From: Chloroflexia bacterium
Lineage (GTDB): Bacteria; Chloroflexota; Chloroflexia; DTKN01
Direction: 5' to 3'
Length of the DNA: 64,000 nucleotides
Assembly: GCA_034433695.1 (NCBI GenBank)
Contig: DAOUAK010000038.1
Location: 2,758-66,757 of the forward strand
A program made the translations under genes and the position numbers. The notes beneath the pieces are model-generated. The model made no database searches and was not told where the DNA came from. It saw only the letters and a program-made list of their open reading frames with translations. This document shows positions 41,981 to 52,579 of the stretch, piece by piece (within the stretch, counting starts at the first letter, position 1; each line of letters begins with the position of its first letter).

Positions 41981-43291
41981 ATGGCCCAGAACGGGGTTCT
42001 TCTGGAATTGCGCAACATCCGCCAGGTCTACGGACGCGGCCCTCGTGCCATCGTCGCCGTGGAGGGGGTTAATCTAACGGTGCGGCGGGGCGAGTTCGTA
42101 GCCCTGCTGGGACCTTCCGGCTGCGGAAAAAGCACCCTCCTGCGCATCATCGCCGGCCTGAACGTGCCTACGGAAGGGGAGGTGCTCTACCACGGCCGGC
42201 CGTTGCGGGGAGTCAACCCTCATGCTACCATCGTCTTCCAGACCTTTGCCCTTTTCCCCTGGCTGACGGTGCTCGAAAACGTCGAGGTGGCCCTCCAGGC
42301 CCGGGGCATCCCCTTGCCCGAGCGCCGGGAGCGGGCCCTGGCCCTCCTGGACAAGGTTGGTCTGGATGGCTTTGAAAACGCCTATCCCCGAGAACTTTCG
42401 GGGGGGATGCGTCAGAAGGTGGGTTTTGCCCGGGCCATGGCCGTCGAGCCGGAACTTTTGTGCCTGGACGAACCGTTTTCTGCCCTGGATGTGCTTAGCG
42501 CCGATGCCCTGCGGGGCGAACTCGTCGAACTGTGGACCGGAGGCCAGATTCCCACCCAGGCCATCATTCTGGTTACCCACAACATCGAGGAGGCCGTCTT
42601 CCTGGCCGACCGCATCGTGGTGATGGAGACGCGACCGGGGCGCATCGCCGCCGAGGTGGTGGTCGGTCTCCCCCATCCCCGCCAGCGCAAGGGAGAGGAT
42701 TTCCTGACCACCGTGGATCGGGTCTATGCGGCGGTGGCCGGCCAGACCCAGCCGCCGGCCGTGGAACTGGGCACGGCCCCCGGCGAGCCAGGCCGGACGC
42801 GGGCCCTGCCCCCGGCCTCCGTCAGTGCCCTCTCCGGGCTGATCGAGCACCTGGACGAAGAGGTGGGCAACCGGGAAGACCTCTACCGCCTGGCCGACGA
42901 CCTGCGCATGGAGATCGATGAACTCTTGCCGGTGGTGGAGGCCGGGGAACTGCTCAATTTCCTCCGGGTGGACCAGGGCGATGTCATCTTGACGCCGCTG
43001 GGAGAGACCTTCGCCGAGGCCAGCATCCTGGCCCGTAAGGAAATCTTTGCCTCCCGTGCCCGCCGCATCCCGCTCATCCGCTGGCTCCTGAAGGGGCTGC
43101 GGGCCGCCCCGGAGGGCCGGGTGCCGCGCCGGGTCTTCCAGGATGTCCTGGAGTGGGAGTTTACCCCGGAGGAGGCGAAGGTACAGATGGATCAGGCCAT
43201 CGCCTGGGGGCGCTACGGCGAACTCTTCGGCTACGACGACGACCGGGACCTGCTCTACCTGGAGACGAACGGCTCGGGATCGGCCGCCTGA
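41981..43291 (+). CDS. ABC transporter ATP-binding protein (NitT/TauT-type) with ~180-aa C-terminal AAA-associated extension
   Basis: Walker [10 protein letters not shown], signature LSGGMRQKV, Walker [13 protein letters not shown]. Extra C-terminal domain follows [12 protein letters not shown]. Confidence 0.85.
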   Translation: MAQNGVLLELRNIRQVYGRGPRAIVAVEGVNLTVRRGEFVALLGPSGCGKSTLLRIIAGLNVPTEGEVLYHGRPLRGVNPHATIVFQTFALFPWLTVLENVEVALQARGIPLPERRERALALLDKVGLDGFENAYPRELSGGMRQKVGFARAMAVEPELLCLDEPFSALDVLSADALRGELVELWTGGQIPTQAIILVTHNIEEAVFLADRIVVMETRPGRIAAEVVVGLPHPRQRKGEDFLTTVDRVYAAVAGQTQPPAVELGTAPGEPGRTRALPPASVSALSGLIEHLDEEVGNREDLYRLADDLRMEIDELLPVVEAGELLNFLRVDQGDVILTPLGETFAEASILARKEIFASRARRIPLIRWLLKGLRAAPEGRVPRRVFQDVLEWEFTPEEAKVQMDQAIAWGRYGELFGYDDDRDLLYLETNGSGSAA

Positions 43292-43301
43292 TTCCCCGGA
43301 A

Positions 43302-43802
43302 TTATTGCCCACAATAGGGGCAGACCGTCCAGGTCAGGTCCATCAATCGGCCGCAGGACAGACACTTTTTCCGAAGCGGGGTATGGCAATGGGGGCAGAG
43401 GATAAAGTCCGGTTCCACCCCCCGCTGGCAGGTGGGACAGAGGGGACGCTCCTCGATATCCTGCATGATGTATTCTCTCTCCAGGGCACGGGCGTAGCCC
43501 TCGGCCAGCGTCTCCCGGGGGCGGAACAGGAGGTAAAGCCAGTAACCGGGGAGAAAGAGAAGGAGCACCACCAAGGTGGCCAGGAGTTGCGCCGGCAGAC
43601 TCTCGCTGCGGGCACGGACATCCTGATAGGTCCAGACCACCAGGCCCAACCACACAACGGCCAGATAAATGCCCAGGACATAGCCAACGATCTCCAGGAT
43701 GGGCAAAGCCCGGGCCAGGAAAAGTTGGATCTCGGGGGGAAGGAACGACATTGTCGTCGTTTCGGTAACGGTTTGGGCCAGATGCAAACCCCAGGGTTCC
43801 AT
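43302..43802 (-). CDS. Membrane protein with C-terminal double zinc-ribbon
   Basis: Start chosen at MEPWGL with GAAGGAGG RBS, because the longer ORF overlaps darA. Two TM helices. C-terminal CPTCQRG...CPHCHTPL...CLSCGRL...CPYCGQ. Confidence 0.5.
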   Translation of the reverse strand: MEPWGLHLAQTVTETTTMSFLPPEIQLFLARALPILEIVGYVLGIYLAVVWLGLVVWTYQDVRARSESLPAQLLATLVVLLLFLPGYWLYLLFRPRETLAEGYARALEREYIMQDIEERPLCPTCQRGVEPDFILCPHCHTPLRKKCLSCGRLMDLTWTVCPYCGQ

Positions 43803-43881
43803 CAAAGAAAGCCTCCTTCGTCCATCGCAAATTCGCACCGAAATCGGCGGAAAATCATCCCGGCTTGAAACGGACAACGTT

Positions 43882-44232
43882 CTACCGATCGACGGTATCC
43901 AGTTGTCGCCATTCTTCGATCGGCAGGATAAAGACATGGGCGCCGCCGACCTGCACCTCCACCGGAGCGGGAGGGAAGAGCCCGCCGGTTTCCAGAAGCG
44001 GGGAGACCGGGCTCAGGTAACGGGTGCGGGCGTGGCAGTGGGTCCGAATCACCTCCAGGGCCTTTTCCACGGCCCCTTCGTCCCCGGCCAGGAGGAGGGT
44101 ATCGTTGGCTTCCATCAGAAAGCCGCCGATGCTGGCCACGTGGGTGAAGTTGAACCCGGCCTCTCCCAGTGCCCGGCCCAGTTCTTCCAAATCCCGTCGC
44201 TGGATAATGGCGATCAGGAGTTTCAAGGCCAC
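43882..44232 (-). CDS. darA: PII-like c-di-AMP receptor, DarA/PstA (DUF970) family
   Basis: [20 protein letters not shown]...[19 protein letters not shown]...[18 protein letters not shown] closely parallels Bacillus DarA (KLIVAIVQDQD...ATTGGFLRAGNTTFLCG...PVEVEVGGATVFVMPV). GTG start overlapping the upstream stop. Confidence 0.7.
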   Translation of the reverse strand: MALKLLIAIIQRRDLEELGRALGEAGFNFTHVASIGGFLMEANDTLLLAGDEGAVEKALEVIRTHCHARTRYLSPVSPLLETGGLFPPAPVEVQVGGAHVFILPIEEWRQLDTVDR

Positions 44233-45896
44233 GGTTCCCCCCCTTCTTCCCGGCGAAAGATGCGCACTCGACGTTTGGGTTCCTGCCCCTGGCTGGCCGA
44301 AGCCAGGCGGTAGCGCTCGATCATCTGGTGTTGCAGCCGGCGGATGTAGGCGTTCTGGGGTGCCAGTTCCACCTCTTCCCGTTCGCCGCTGAGCACCTGC
44401 CGGATGGCCTCCTCGGTCTCCTGCAAGGCCCGGAGAACGTCTCCTTCGGTGGGGCTGCGGCGTTCGGAGAGTAGGTGCAGGCAGTTCTCCATCTGCACGG
44501 CGGTGTTGGCCTTGAGGACATAGATGGGGACGCCGGCCTCCTCGGCCTCGCGCAACCGGCGGGGAGACTGGCGATAATATCCCTGGAGGGTGATCACGGC
44601 CTGGGCCTGGGCCAGTTCATCCACTAGGACGACCGGCATCTGGAGCAGGCGGGCAGCCCGGGCCAGGCGCTTCCGGTTGACTCCGAACGGGTAGATGCGC
44701 AGCGGCGTATCGGGGGTAGGCGAGGGGGATTCTTTTTCCTCCTTTACGGCCGGCGGATATCCTTCTTTTCGAGGCAAAACCCGACGGCCGGCCTCGGCGT
44801 GGCGTCTTTCCAGACCGCCGCCGAAGTAATTCCGCTCGATCCAGCGTTCGATCTGGCCGTCCTCGCGGCGGTGGCGAATCTCCGCCGGGGCCGGAAAGCC
44901 GCGCAGGAGCGAATCGACCACCTCGGCCACGTTGCGATGGACGGCCACCGTGTCCCAGTCCTGAATCTCCACCACGATGTCAAAGGTCGGCGGGGCCTTG
45001 CGTTCCAGGATGGTCTTCTGGGTTCCCCGCCGACGGGCCTCCTCATCGCCCAGCGTGACCGGCTGGATGCCCCCCAAAAGGTCGGAAAGGGTTGGGTTGA
45101 GCATCAGGTTCTCCAGGGTATTGCCGTGGGCCGTGGCCACCAGTTGCACGCCCCGCTCGGCGATGGTGCGGGCCGCCGCCGCCTCCAGTTCGGTGCCGAT
45201 CTCGTCAATGATGATGACCTCGGGCATATGGTTTTCCACCGCCTCGATCATCACCGCGTGCTGACGGTCGGGGCTGGGCACCTGCATCCGGCGGGCCCGG
45301 CCGATGGCCGGGTGAGGGATGTCACCGTCGCCGCCGATCTCGTTGGAGGTATCCACAATGATGACCCGCTTGCGAAAGTCGTCGGCCAGCACGCGGGCCA
45401 CCTCGCGGAGCATGGTCGTCTTGCCCACTCCCGGTCGGCCCAGGAGGAGGATGCTCTGTCCCGTCTCGATGAGGTCCTGGATGACGGCGATCGTCCCGTA
45501 GACGGCCCGTCCCACCCGGCAGGTCAGGCCGATAATGCGGCCGTCCCGGCTGCGGATGGCGGAGATGCGGTGCAGGGTCCGGGCGATACCGGCACGGTTG
45601 TCGCCGCTGAAGAGGCTGATGCGGGCCAGGACGTAATCCAGGTCCTCCTGGGTGACCTCCCGTTCGCTCAGGATGACTTCGCGGCCCGGGAAACGGGCCT
45701 CCGGCGGCCGGCCCAGGTCCAGCACGATCTCCAGGAGTTCGCTCAGTTCAGGCTCCCGACGCAGGGGGTCGTGGAGGCGGGGAGGGATGGCCTCTAGAAG
45801 GGCATCCAGGTCATCGGTCACCCGTTTCTGAACCACCGGAAGTTCCGGTGGATCGGAAGGTATCCTTTCTCTTCGAATGGTTACCGGAATCTTCAT
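44223..45896 (-). CDS. R3H-domain AAA ATPase (Ycf45/SpoIIIAA-like)
   Basis: Walker [10 protein letters not shown], Walker B VIIIDEIG and C-terminal R3H-like segment. Real start at MKIPVTI. The 230-codon Pro/Gly-rich upstream extension of the ORF is rejected. Confidence 0.75.
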   Translation of the reverse strand: MKIPVTIRRERIPSDPPELPVVQKRVTDDLDALLEAIPPRLHDPLRREPELSELLEIVLDLGRPPEARFPGREVILSEREVTQEDLDYVLARISLFSGDNRAGIARTLHRISAIRSRDGRIIGLTCRVGRAVYGTIAVIQDLIETGQSILLLGRPGVGKTTMLREVARVLADDFRKRVIIVDTSNEIGGDGDIPHPAIGRARRMQVPSPDRQHAVMIEAVENHMPEVIIIDEIGTELEAAAARTIAERGVQLVATAHGNTLENLMLNPTLSDLLGGIQPVTLGDEEARRRGTQKTILERKAPPTFDIVVEIQDWDTVAVHRNVAEVVDSLLRGFPAPAEIRHRREDGQIERWIERNYFGGGLERRHAEAGRRVLPRKEGYPPAVKEEKESPSPTPDTPLRIYPFGVNRKRLARAARLLQMPVVLVDELAQAQAVITLQGYYRQSPRRLREAEEAGVPIYVLKANTAVQMENCLHLLSERRSPTEGDVLRALQETEEAIRQVLSGEREEVELAPQNAYIRRLQHQMIERYRLASASQGQEPKRRVRIFRREEGGEPWP

Positions 45897-46843
45897 ATTT
45901 TCCCCAAAGACGGCGTGCTCGGCGCCGTTCCAAGAGGCGCTCCGGCCCGACGGCCGGGAAGCGCCTGACGTTGTTCGACCCGCACGGCCAGGTTTTTGGC
46001 CAGGAGGATTTGTTCGGCATAGAGACGAAAGCCCAGACGGCGGGCCACTTCCAGAAGTTCGCCCTGGTAAGAGCGCAGGACCAGGTAGACGGGGGGAGAA
46101 GCCCGTCGCAACCCCCAGACGAGCACATCTGGAGCACCTTGACGAAAGGCCGGCTCCAGAAGCACTTCCAGACGGGTGCCCCCTGTTCCCCGGGCGCAAC
46201 GCAGGTACGCCCGGACGCGGCCCTGTTCCGGCCAGATCCAGGCCTCCTCCCCCGGCCCGGCCCGCCAAAAGGCTGGATCGCGGCCCTCCACCTGTTGAAC
46301 GATGGGGGGAGTCAGGCCGGCATATAGCCCCTGCACCGCTGCCAGCATGTCGGGCTGGAGGGGTTGGGGTCTCGAGCGCGGGTGGACTTCTGGTCGGCTG
46401 CCCTCCTCCCTGAGCAGGATCATCTCCTGGGCAAAGGGGGCAAACCCGGCCCGCTGGAAGAGTTCCAGGTACTCCTCCTCCGGCAGACGGGCCAGCAGGC
46501 GCACTTGTCCCCGCCGGCCGGCCTCCATCCCCAGGCCGTGCAAGAGTTCTTCCCAGGCGTCCTCGACCGCCTCCTCGGCGGTCCACAGCCCCAGGTAGCC
46601 GACCTCCCAGGCCCCTTTTTGCCGGCCTTCCCGGGCCTGGGCGCAGGCCAGAACCTTTCCTCCTTCCCGGCAGAGCAGGGTGTACGACGGCTTCCCCAGG
46701 TGGAGGCAGGAACTGAGCAGGCCGCGCCAGGGATGGTAGGAAAAGACCCGATGCTGCACCAGGTCCAGGGATAAGGATACCTGGGGGGGAATGCCCAGCG
46801 TCACCAGGTCCAGCAAGGTGGCCGGCCGAATCTGCCGTTCCAT
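45893..46843 (-). CDS. Hypothetical protein
   Basis: 316-aa ORF in operon position between pdxT and the R3H ATPase, with start overlapping the pdxT stop. No recognised motif. Could be a GC-driven artefact in part. Confidence 0.4.
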   Translation of the reverse strand: MERQIRPATLLDLVTLGIPPQVSLSLDLVQHRVFSYHPWRGLLSSCLHLGKPSYTLLCREGGKVLACAQAREGRQKGAWEVGYLGLWTAEEAVEDAWEELLHGLGMEAGRRGQVRLLARLPEEEYLELFQRAGFAPFAQEMILLREEGSRPEVHPRSRPQPLQPDMLAAVQGLYAGLTPPIVQQVEGRDPAFWRAGPGEEAWIWPEQGRVRAYLRCARGTGGTRLEVLLEPAFRQGAPDVLVWGLRRASPPVYLVLRSYQGELLEVARRLGFRLYAEQILLAKNLAVRVEQRQALPGRRAGAPLGTAPSTPSLGKI

Positions 46844-46847
46844 CCTC

Positions 46848-47423
46848 CTACCCCGTCATCTCCAGAAAATAGCGGTGAAACCGCTCGTCTTCGGTCAGTT
46901 CGGGGTGAAAGGCCGTCCCCAGAAGTCGGCCTTGTTGCACGGCCACCACCCGTCCGTCCTCCAGGCGGGCCAGGACCTCCACCTCCGCTCCCCACTCCTG
47001 CACATAGGGGGCGCGGATGAAGACTCCCCGGAAGGGTGGCGGACCCAGCCGTTCCACCTCCAGGTCGGTTTCGAAACTATCCAACTGCCGGCCGAACCCG
47101 TTGCGCACCACGACGACATCCAGAAGGCCCAGGAGGGGCTGGTGGGGAACCCCACCCAGGGCCGCGCGGGCCAGGAGGATCAACCCGGCGCAGGTGCCCC
47201 AGATGGGTTTCCCCTCCCGGGCCAGGGAGAGGATGGCTTCGTCCAGGCGGTAGGCCACCGCCAATTTGCCGATGGTCGTGCTCTCCCCGCCCGGAAGGAT
47301 CAGGCCGTCCAGCCCCTCCAGGTGCTCCGGCAAACGGACTTCCCGGGTCTCTACCCCGATGCGGCGGAGCATGGCGATATGCTCCTGAAAATCTCCCTGA
47401 AGGGCCAGGACACCGATTCGCAT
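46848..47423 (-). CDS. pdxT: Pyridoxal 5'-phosphate synthase glutaminase subunit
   Basis: [12 protein letters not shown]...[11 protein letters not shown]...catalytic Cys in GTCAG. Class I glutamine amidotransferase. Confidence 0.9.
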   Translation of the reverse strand: MRIGVLALQGDFQEHIAMLRRIGVETREVRLPEHLEGLDGLILPGGESTTIGKLAVAYRLDEAILSLAREGKPIWGTCAGLILLARAALGGVPHQPLLGLLDVVVVRNGFGRQLDSFETDLEVERLGPPPFRGVFIRAPYVQEWGAEVEVLARLEDGRVVAVQQGRLLGTAFHPELTEDERFHRYFLEMTG

Positions 47424-47444
47424 ACCTTGCCTCCGTGCCGGCTT

Positions 47445-48332
47445 CTACCATCCCCGGCCGGCCAGCCGCTCCGTGGCCGGAATGGCGGCGATCTCCAGGC
47501 CGGGCATGGCCTCGCCCAAGCCCCGGGAGACCTCGGCGATGATGGCCGGGTCGCGGAAGTGGGTGGTGGCGGCGACTATGGCTTTGGCCCGGCGGAAGGG
47601 GTCGCTGCTCTTGAAGATGCCGGAGCCCACAAAGACGCCGTCCATGCCCAGTTGCATCATCAGGGCCGCGTCGGCCGGCGTGGCGATACCGCCGGCGGCG
47701 AAGTTGACCACGGGCAGCCGGCCGGTGCGGGCCACTTCCACCACGAGTTCGTAAGGCGCGCCCATCTCCTTGGCGGCGTGCATCAGTTCCTCCGGGGCCA
47801 TGCTTTGCAGCCGGCGAATTTCCCCCAGCACGGCCCGGGCATGGCGCACCGCCTCGACGATGTTGCCGGTGCCGGCCTCACCCTTGGTGCGAATCATGGC
47901 TGCCCCCTCGGCAATCCGGCGCAACGCCTCCCCCAGGTTGCGGCAACCGCAGACAAAGGGCACCCGGAAGGCGTGTTTGTCAATGTGATGCTCTTCGTCG
48001 GCGGGGGTGAGGACCTCGCTTTCATCAATGTAATCCACCCCCAGCGCCTCCAGCACCTGGGCCTCGACAAAGTGACCGATGCGGCATTTGGCCATCACCG
48101 GGATGCTGACGGCATCCATGATCTTCAGGATGAGTTCGGGGTCGCTCATCCGGGCCACGCCCCCGTGGGCGCGGATATCGGCCGGCACCCGCTCCAGGGC
48201 CATGACCGCCACCGCACCGGCCTCCTCGGCGATTCGGGCGTGTTCCGGCGTGACCACGTCCATAATCACGCCCCCCTTGAGCATCTGGGCCAGCCCGACC
48301 TTGGTCCTCCAGGTAGATTTTTCCATCATCAT
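47445..48332 (-). CDS. pdxS: Pyridoxal 5'-phosphate synthase lyase subunit
   Basis: Highly conserved PdxS sequence (GGVIMDVV...[17 protein letters not shown]...). Confidence 0.95.
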   Translation of the reverse strand: MMMEKSTWRTKVGLAQMLKGGVIMDVVTPEHARIAEEAGAVAVMALERVPADIRAHGGVARMSDPELILKIMDAVSIPVMAKCRIGHFVEAQVLEALGVDYIDESEVLTPADEEHHIDKHAFRVPFVCGCRNLGEALRRIAEGAAMIRTKGEAGTGNIVEAVRHARAVLGEIRRLQSMAPEELMHAAKEMGAPYELVVEVARTGRLPVVNFAAGGIATPADAALMMQLGMDGVFVGSGIFKSSDPFRRAKAIVAATTHFRDPAIIAEVSRGLGEAMPGLEIAAIPATERLAGRGW

Positions 48333-48404
48333 TCACCTCCTCGCGCACCGTTGCGCTTGACCCTGACATCCCTGTCGTGCCGTCCGGCTCTACCGGACAT
48401 TTCT

Positions 48405-48433
48405 ATTGTACTACACTCCCATCCGACCTGCAA
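48405..48433 (-). promoter_or_regulatory. Putative promoter TTGCAG-N17-TACAAT for pdxST
   Basis: Reverse complement of ctgcaa(48428-33)...attgta(48405-10). Divergent from the rpsA promoter. Confidence 0.4.
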
Positions 48434-48438
48434 CTGGC

Positions 48439-48467
48439 TTGCATTCTGGCCGGAAATCCCGTATAAT
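48439..48467 (+). promoter_or_regulatory. Putative promoter TTGCAT-N17-TATAAT for rpsA
   Basis: ttgcat tctggccggaaatcccg tataat. Followed by leader hairpin GGACCTTTCC-accc-GGAAAGGGTCC (48479..48503) and GAGGAG RBS. Confidence 0.45.
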
Positions 48468-48531
48468 AAGAAGTAGCAGGACCTTTCCACCCGGAAAGGG
48501 TCCTGAATCCGATGACCTTGAGGAGCGGGGT

Positions 48532-49776
48532 ATGGTCGAAAGCACCTATACCGAGGGAACTCAACCGACCCAAGAGGGCTGCCGTCCACCGGAAGTTGTT
48601 GCCCGTGGAGAAAGTGTGAGCGCCGGAGCCGTTTCCCCCGGGTCCGGCAGCGAGGAGGCCTGGCTTCGGATGCTGGAAGACCCCAACTATACGTACTCTG
48701 CCATGAACTATGGGGATGTCATCGAAGGCACGGTGATGGAGATCGGCCGGGACGAAATCCTGGTGGACATCGGGACCAAGTCCGAAGGCGTGGTTCCCAG
48801 CCGCGAGTTCCGCAAGGCGGCCCAGGCCGGAGAACTGGAGGGCTTGAAGGTCGGCTCCCCCGTCCTGGTCTTTGTCCTGCGGGCCGAAGATGAGGAAGGC
48901 CGGGCCCTTCTCTCCATCGACCGGGCGCGCCATGAAAAGAGCTGGCGCTGGCTGGAGGAAATTTACCGGAAGGGCGAGTTGATCGAGGCCACCGTAGACG
49001 GCTATAACAAAGGGGGAGTGCTGGTCAACTTGCGCGGCATACGGGGCTTTGTCCCTATTTCCCAGATCGCCGGGATGGGAAACCGGCGGAACCCTTCCCC
49101 GGAGGTGATGGCCCAGATGGTGGGCCAGACCCTCCCGCTGAAGGTGATCGAACTCAACCGCCGACGCAACCGGCTGGTCCTTTCCCAGCGCCAGGCCCTC
49201 CAGGAGCACCGGGAGAGCCGCAAGGAGGAACTGCTGGAAACGCTGGAGGTGGGCAAAATCTACCACGGCGTGGTCAGCAGCATCTGTAACTTTGGCGTCT
49301 TTGTGGACCTGGGTGGCGCCGACGGCCTGGTTCACCTCTCGGAACTCTCCTGGAAACGGGTGGATGACCCCGCCGAGGTCGTCCAGGTCGGCCAGGAAGT
49401 GGATGTCTACGTCCTGGGGGTGGATCGCGAGCGCAAGCGCATTGCCCTGAGTATGCGGCGTGCCCAGCCGGAACCTTGGGAAACGATTGCCGAACGGTAT
49501 CAACTGGGGCAGTTGGTCCAGGGCAAAGTGACTCAACTGGCTTCTTTCGGGGCCTTTGTCCAGATCGAGGAGGGGATCGAGGGGCTGGTGCACCTTTCCG
49601 AACTTTCCGATACCCCGGTGTCCCATCCTCGTGAGGTGGTCCAGGAGGGGGATGTGGTCACGCTGCGGGTGATCCGGATCGATCCGGCCCACCGCCGCAT
49701 CGGCCTGAGCCTGCGCCGGGCCCAGCATGATATGGGAGACCAAGTCGCGGAGACGGGGTCGGAGCAGGCCGGATAG
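48532..49776 (+). CDS. rpsA: 30S ribosomal protein S1 (four S1 domains)
   Basis: Repeated S1 OB-fold motifs (GDVIEGTV..., GELIEATVDG..., KIYHGVVSSICNFGVFVDLGG...GLVHLSELSW, GQLVQGKVTQLASFGAFVQIEEGIEGLVHLSELS). Confidence 0.85.
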   Translation: MVESTYTEGTQPTQEGCRPPEVVARGESVSAGAVSPGSGSEEAWLRMLEDPNYTYSAMNYGDVIEGTVMEIGRDEILVDIGTKSEGVVPSREFRKAAQAGELEGLKVGSPVLVFVLRAEDEEGRALLSIDRARHEKSWRWLEEIYRKGELIEATVDGYNKGGVLVNLRGIRGFVPISQIAGMGNRRNPSPEVMAQMVGQTLPLKVIELNRRRNRLVLSQRQALQEHRESRKEELLETLEVGKIYHGVVSSICNFGVFVDLGGADGLVHLSELSWKRVDDPAEVVQVGQEVDVYVLGVDRERKRIALSMRRAQPEPWETIAERYQLGQLVQGKVTQLASFGAFVQIEEGIEGLVHLSELSDTPVSHPREVVQEGDVVTLRVIRIDPAHRRIGLSLRRAQHDMGDQVAETGSEQAG

Positions 49777-49815
49777 TTGGGATATGGGCCATCCGGGTTG
49801 CCGAGGAGGACGTGA

Positions 49816-52308
49816 ATGGGTAATCCGTTGGACCGATTTACCGAACGCGCCAGACGGGTGTTGAGCCTGGCCCAGGAGGAGGCCAGCGCCCTCAACCATC
49901 GCTATATCGGCACCGAGCACATCCTTTTGGGGCTTATTCGGGAGGGCGAGGGCACGGCGGCCCGTGTCCTGGCCGAGATGGGAGTGAACGCGGAAAAAGT
50001 GCGCGAGGCCATTGAACTCCTGGTAGGCCGGCCGGAACGGACCTCCTCCCACGAGCGAGAGTTGACGGCCCAGGCCAAAAAGGCGCTGGAGTACGCGATG
50101 GAGGAGGCTCGCCGCCTCAGCCACAGTTATATCGGCACGGAGCACCTCCTCCTGGGCATCCTCCGCGGGCAGGACAATGTGGCCACCAGCATTCTGGATA
50201 ACGTCGGAGCCAACCCCAATAAGGTGCGGGAACGCCTCCTCCAGGTCCTGCAGGAAGTTCCGGCGGCCGTATCGGCCCCGCAGACCCGGCAGAGCAAGAC
50301 CCCCTACATCGACGCCCTGGGGCTGGACCTGACCGAGGCCGCCCGGGCCGGCCGGCTGGACCCGGTCATCGGTCGCGAGACCGAGATCGAGCGGGTCATC
50401 CAGATCCTCTCCCGCCGAACCAAAAACAACCCGGCGCTGGTGGGTGACCCCGGCGTGGGCAAGACGGCCATCGTCGAAGGCCTGGCCCAGCGTATTGTGC
50501 GCGGCGAGGTGCCCGAACACCTCCTGAACAAGCGCCTCCTGGCCCTGGACATGGGCGCCGTGGTCGCCGGAACCAAATACCGGGGCCAGTTCGAGGAACG
50601 TCTGAAGCGGGTGGTGGACGAAATTCGGGAAACCGGGAGCATCCTCTTCATCGACGAGTTCCACACCATTATCGGGGCCGGCGGGGCGGAAGGCAGTCTG
50701 GACGCGGCCAACATCCTCAAGCCGGCCCTTTCCCGCGGCCAGATTCAATGCATCGGGGCTACCACCCTGGATGATTACCGCAAATACATCGAGCGCGATG
50801 CCGCCCTGGAACGGCGTTTCCAGCCGGTCTATGTGAACGAACCCTCGGTGGAAGAAACGATCCATATCCTTCGCGGCATCGCTCCCCGCTACGAGGACTT
50901 TCACCAGGTCAAAATCAGCGATGAAGCCTTGATCGCCGCCGCCCGCCTCTCCGCCCGGTATATCAGCGATCGCCACCTGCCGGATAAGGCCATCGACCTG
51001 ATGGACGAGGCGGCCGCCCGCGTGCGTATGTACCGGTTGGGCACCGCCTCTCCGTTACGCCAGGCCCTCCAGGAACTGGAGACGCTACGCCGGCGCAAGG
51101 ACGTCGCGGTGGAACAGCAGAATTTCGAGCAGACCATCGCCCTGCGGGAGGAAGAAAACCGCCTGCTGCCCCGCATCGAGGAACTGCGCCGGGGACAAAC
51201 GATGGAATCGCGCCCGATGGTTTCGGCCGAGGACATCGCCGAGGTGGCCTCGATGTGGACAGGTATCCCGATGACCCGTCTGGCCCAGGAGGAGTCGGCC
51301 CGTCTGGTGCGCATGGAGGAAGAGTTGCACAAACGCATCGTTGGCCAGGACGAGGCCATTCAGATCGTCTCTCGGGCCATCCGACGGGCACGGGCCGGCC
51401 TGAAAGACCCCCGTCGGCCCATCGGCTCCTTCATCTTCCTCGGCCCCACCGGCGTGGGCAAGAGTGAATTGGCCCGCGCCCTGGCCGAATTCCTCTTCGG
51501 CACCGAGGATGCCCTGATCAAACTCGATATGTCCGAATTTATGGAGCGCCACACCGCCGCCCGCCTGGTCGGCGCTCCCCCGGGCTACATCGGCTACGGC
51601 GAAGGGGGGCAACTCACCGATGCCGTGCGCAACCGCCCCTACAGCGTGGTCCTCCTGGACGAGATCGAAAAGGCCCACCCCGACGTCTTCAACCTCCTCC
51701 TGCAACTGATGGAGGACGGCTGCCTGACCGATGCCAAAGGGTGCAAGGTGGACTTTCGCAACGTCGTCCTGGTGATGACCTCCAACGTGGCCGCCGAAAA
51801 GATTATCCGCGGCTCCACCTGGGGCTTTTCTTCGCGCAGCGACCAGAGGGCGACGGAACTGCGCGAGTATGAGGCGATGAAGGAAAAGGTGCTGGCCGAA
51901 CTGAAGGACCTCTTCCGCCCCGAATTCCTCAACCGCGTGGATGCCATCGTCGTCTTCCACGCCCTCAACCCCGATCACATCCGCCAGATCGCCCGGTTAC
52001 AACTGCGTCGGGTGGAGGAACAGTTGCGGGAGGCCGGCTTCACCTTGGAAGTCACCGATGCGGCCGTGAACCTGCTGGCCCAGCGCGGCTTTGACAGTGC
52101 CTTTGGGGCCCGACCGCTCAAGCGGGTCATCACCAACCTTCTGGAGGACCCCCTGGCCGAGGCCATCCTGCATGGCCGCTTCCATGCCGGCGATACCATC
52201 GTCGTGGATGCCCTGGACGAGCAAATCGTCTTCCGGGCCGCCGGGGAGCCGGCCCTGGCCCCACCGGAGGACACAGGGGTGGCGCTTCAGGAGGTGAAGA
52301 CGAATTAG
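49816..52308 (+). CDS. clpC: ATP-dependent Clp protease ATP-binding subunit ClpC
   Basis: Two Clp_N repeats, UVR-like linker, two AAA+ modules ([15 protein letters not shown] and [15 protein letters not shown]) and ClpB_D2-small domain. Confidence 0.95.
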   Translation: MGNPLDRFTERARRVLSLAQEEASALNHRYIGTEHILLGLIREGEGTAARVLAEMGVNAEKVREAIELLVGRPERTSSHERELTAQAKKALEYAMEEARRLSHSYIGTEHLLLGILRGQDNVATSILDNVGANPNKVRERLLQVLQEVPAAVSAPQTRQSKTPYIDALGLDLTEAARAGRLDPVIGRETEIERVIQILSRRTKNNPALVGDPGVGKTAIVEGLAQRIVRGEVPEHLLNKRLLALDMGAVVAGTKYRGQFEERLKRVVDEIRETGSILFIDEFHTIIGAGGAEGSLDAANILKPALSRGQIQCIGATTLDDYRKYIERDAALERRFQPVYVNEPSVEETIHILRGIAPRYEDFHQVKISDEALIAAARLSARYISDRHLPDKAIDLMDEAAARVRMYRLGTASPLRQALQELETLRRRKDVAVEQQNFEQTIALREEENRLLPRIEELRRGQTMESRPMVSAEDIAEVASMWTGIPMTRLAQEESARLVRMEEELHKRIVGQDEAIQIVSRAIRRARAGLKDPRRPIGSFIFLGPTGVGKSELARALAEFLFGTEDALIKLDMSEFMERHTAARLVGAPPGYIGYGEGGQLTDAVRNRPYSVVLLDEIEKAHPDVFNLLLQLMEDGCLTDAKGCKVDFRNVVLVMTSNVAAEKIIRGSTWGFSSRSDQRATELREYEAMKEKVLAELKDLFRPEFLNRVDAIVVFHALNPDHIRQIARLQLRRVEEQLREAGFTLEVTDAAVNLLAQRGFDSAFGARPLKRVITNLLEDPLAEAILHGRFHAGDTIVVDALDEQIVFRAAGEPALAPPEDTGVALQEVKTN

Positions 52309-52579
52309 CCGGTCGGCTATATCATCTCCATGATCCCGCACGACCTGGACCTCTACTTCACCCTGTAATGTAGATCACTCGCAATTTTTAAAAGTCGGAG
52401 TATAATGATTATACTGAGCTTCTGCCACCTCTCCTACCTACCCTCCCCGGCAGAAGATGGGGCAGTACTCGGGTATCCTTTTAGGCAAGCGGGTTATAAC
52501 ATCCAAGAAAGGAGGGCTATTTGAACCTCTCTTGGACCCAGGACCTGTCTTTTGCGTTTTCCTATCTAGGAGGAATCCC

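Noticed and set aside
45897-46586. 230-codon Pro/Gly/Arg-rich N-terminal extension of the R3H ATPase ORF
   Set aside because: Low complexity. It overlaps the hypothetical gene on the same strand in another frame. An RBS-proximal ATG at MKIPVTI is present.
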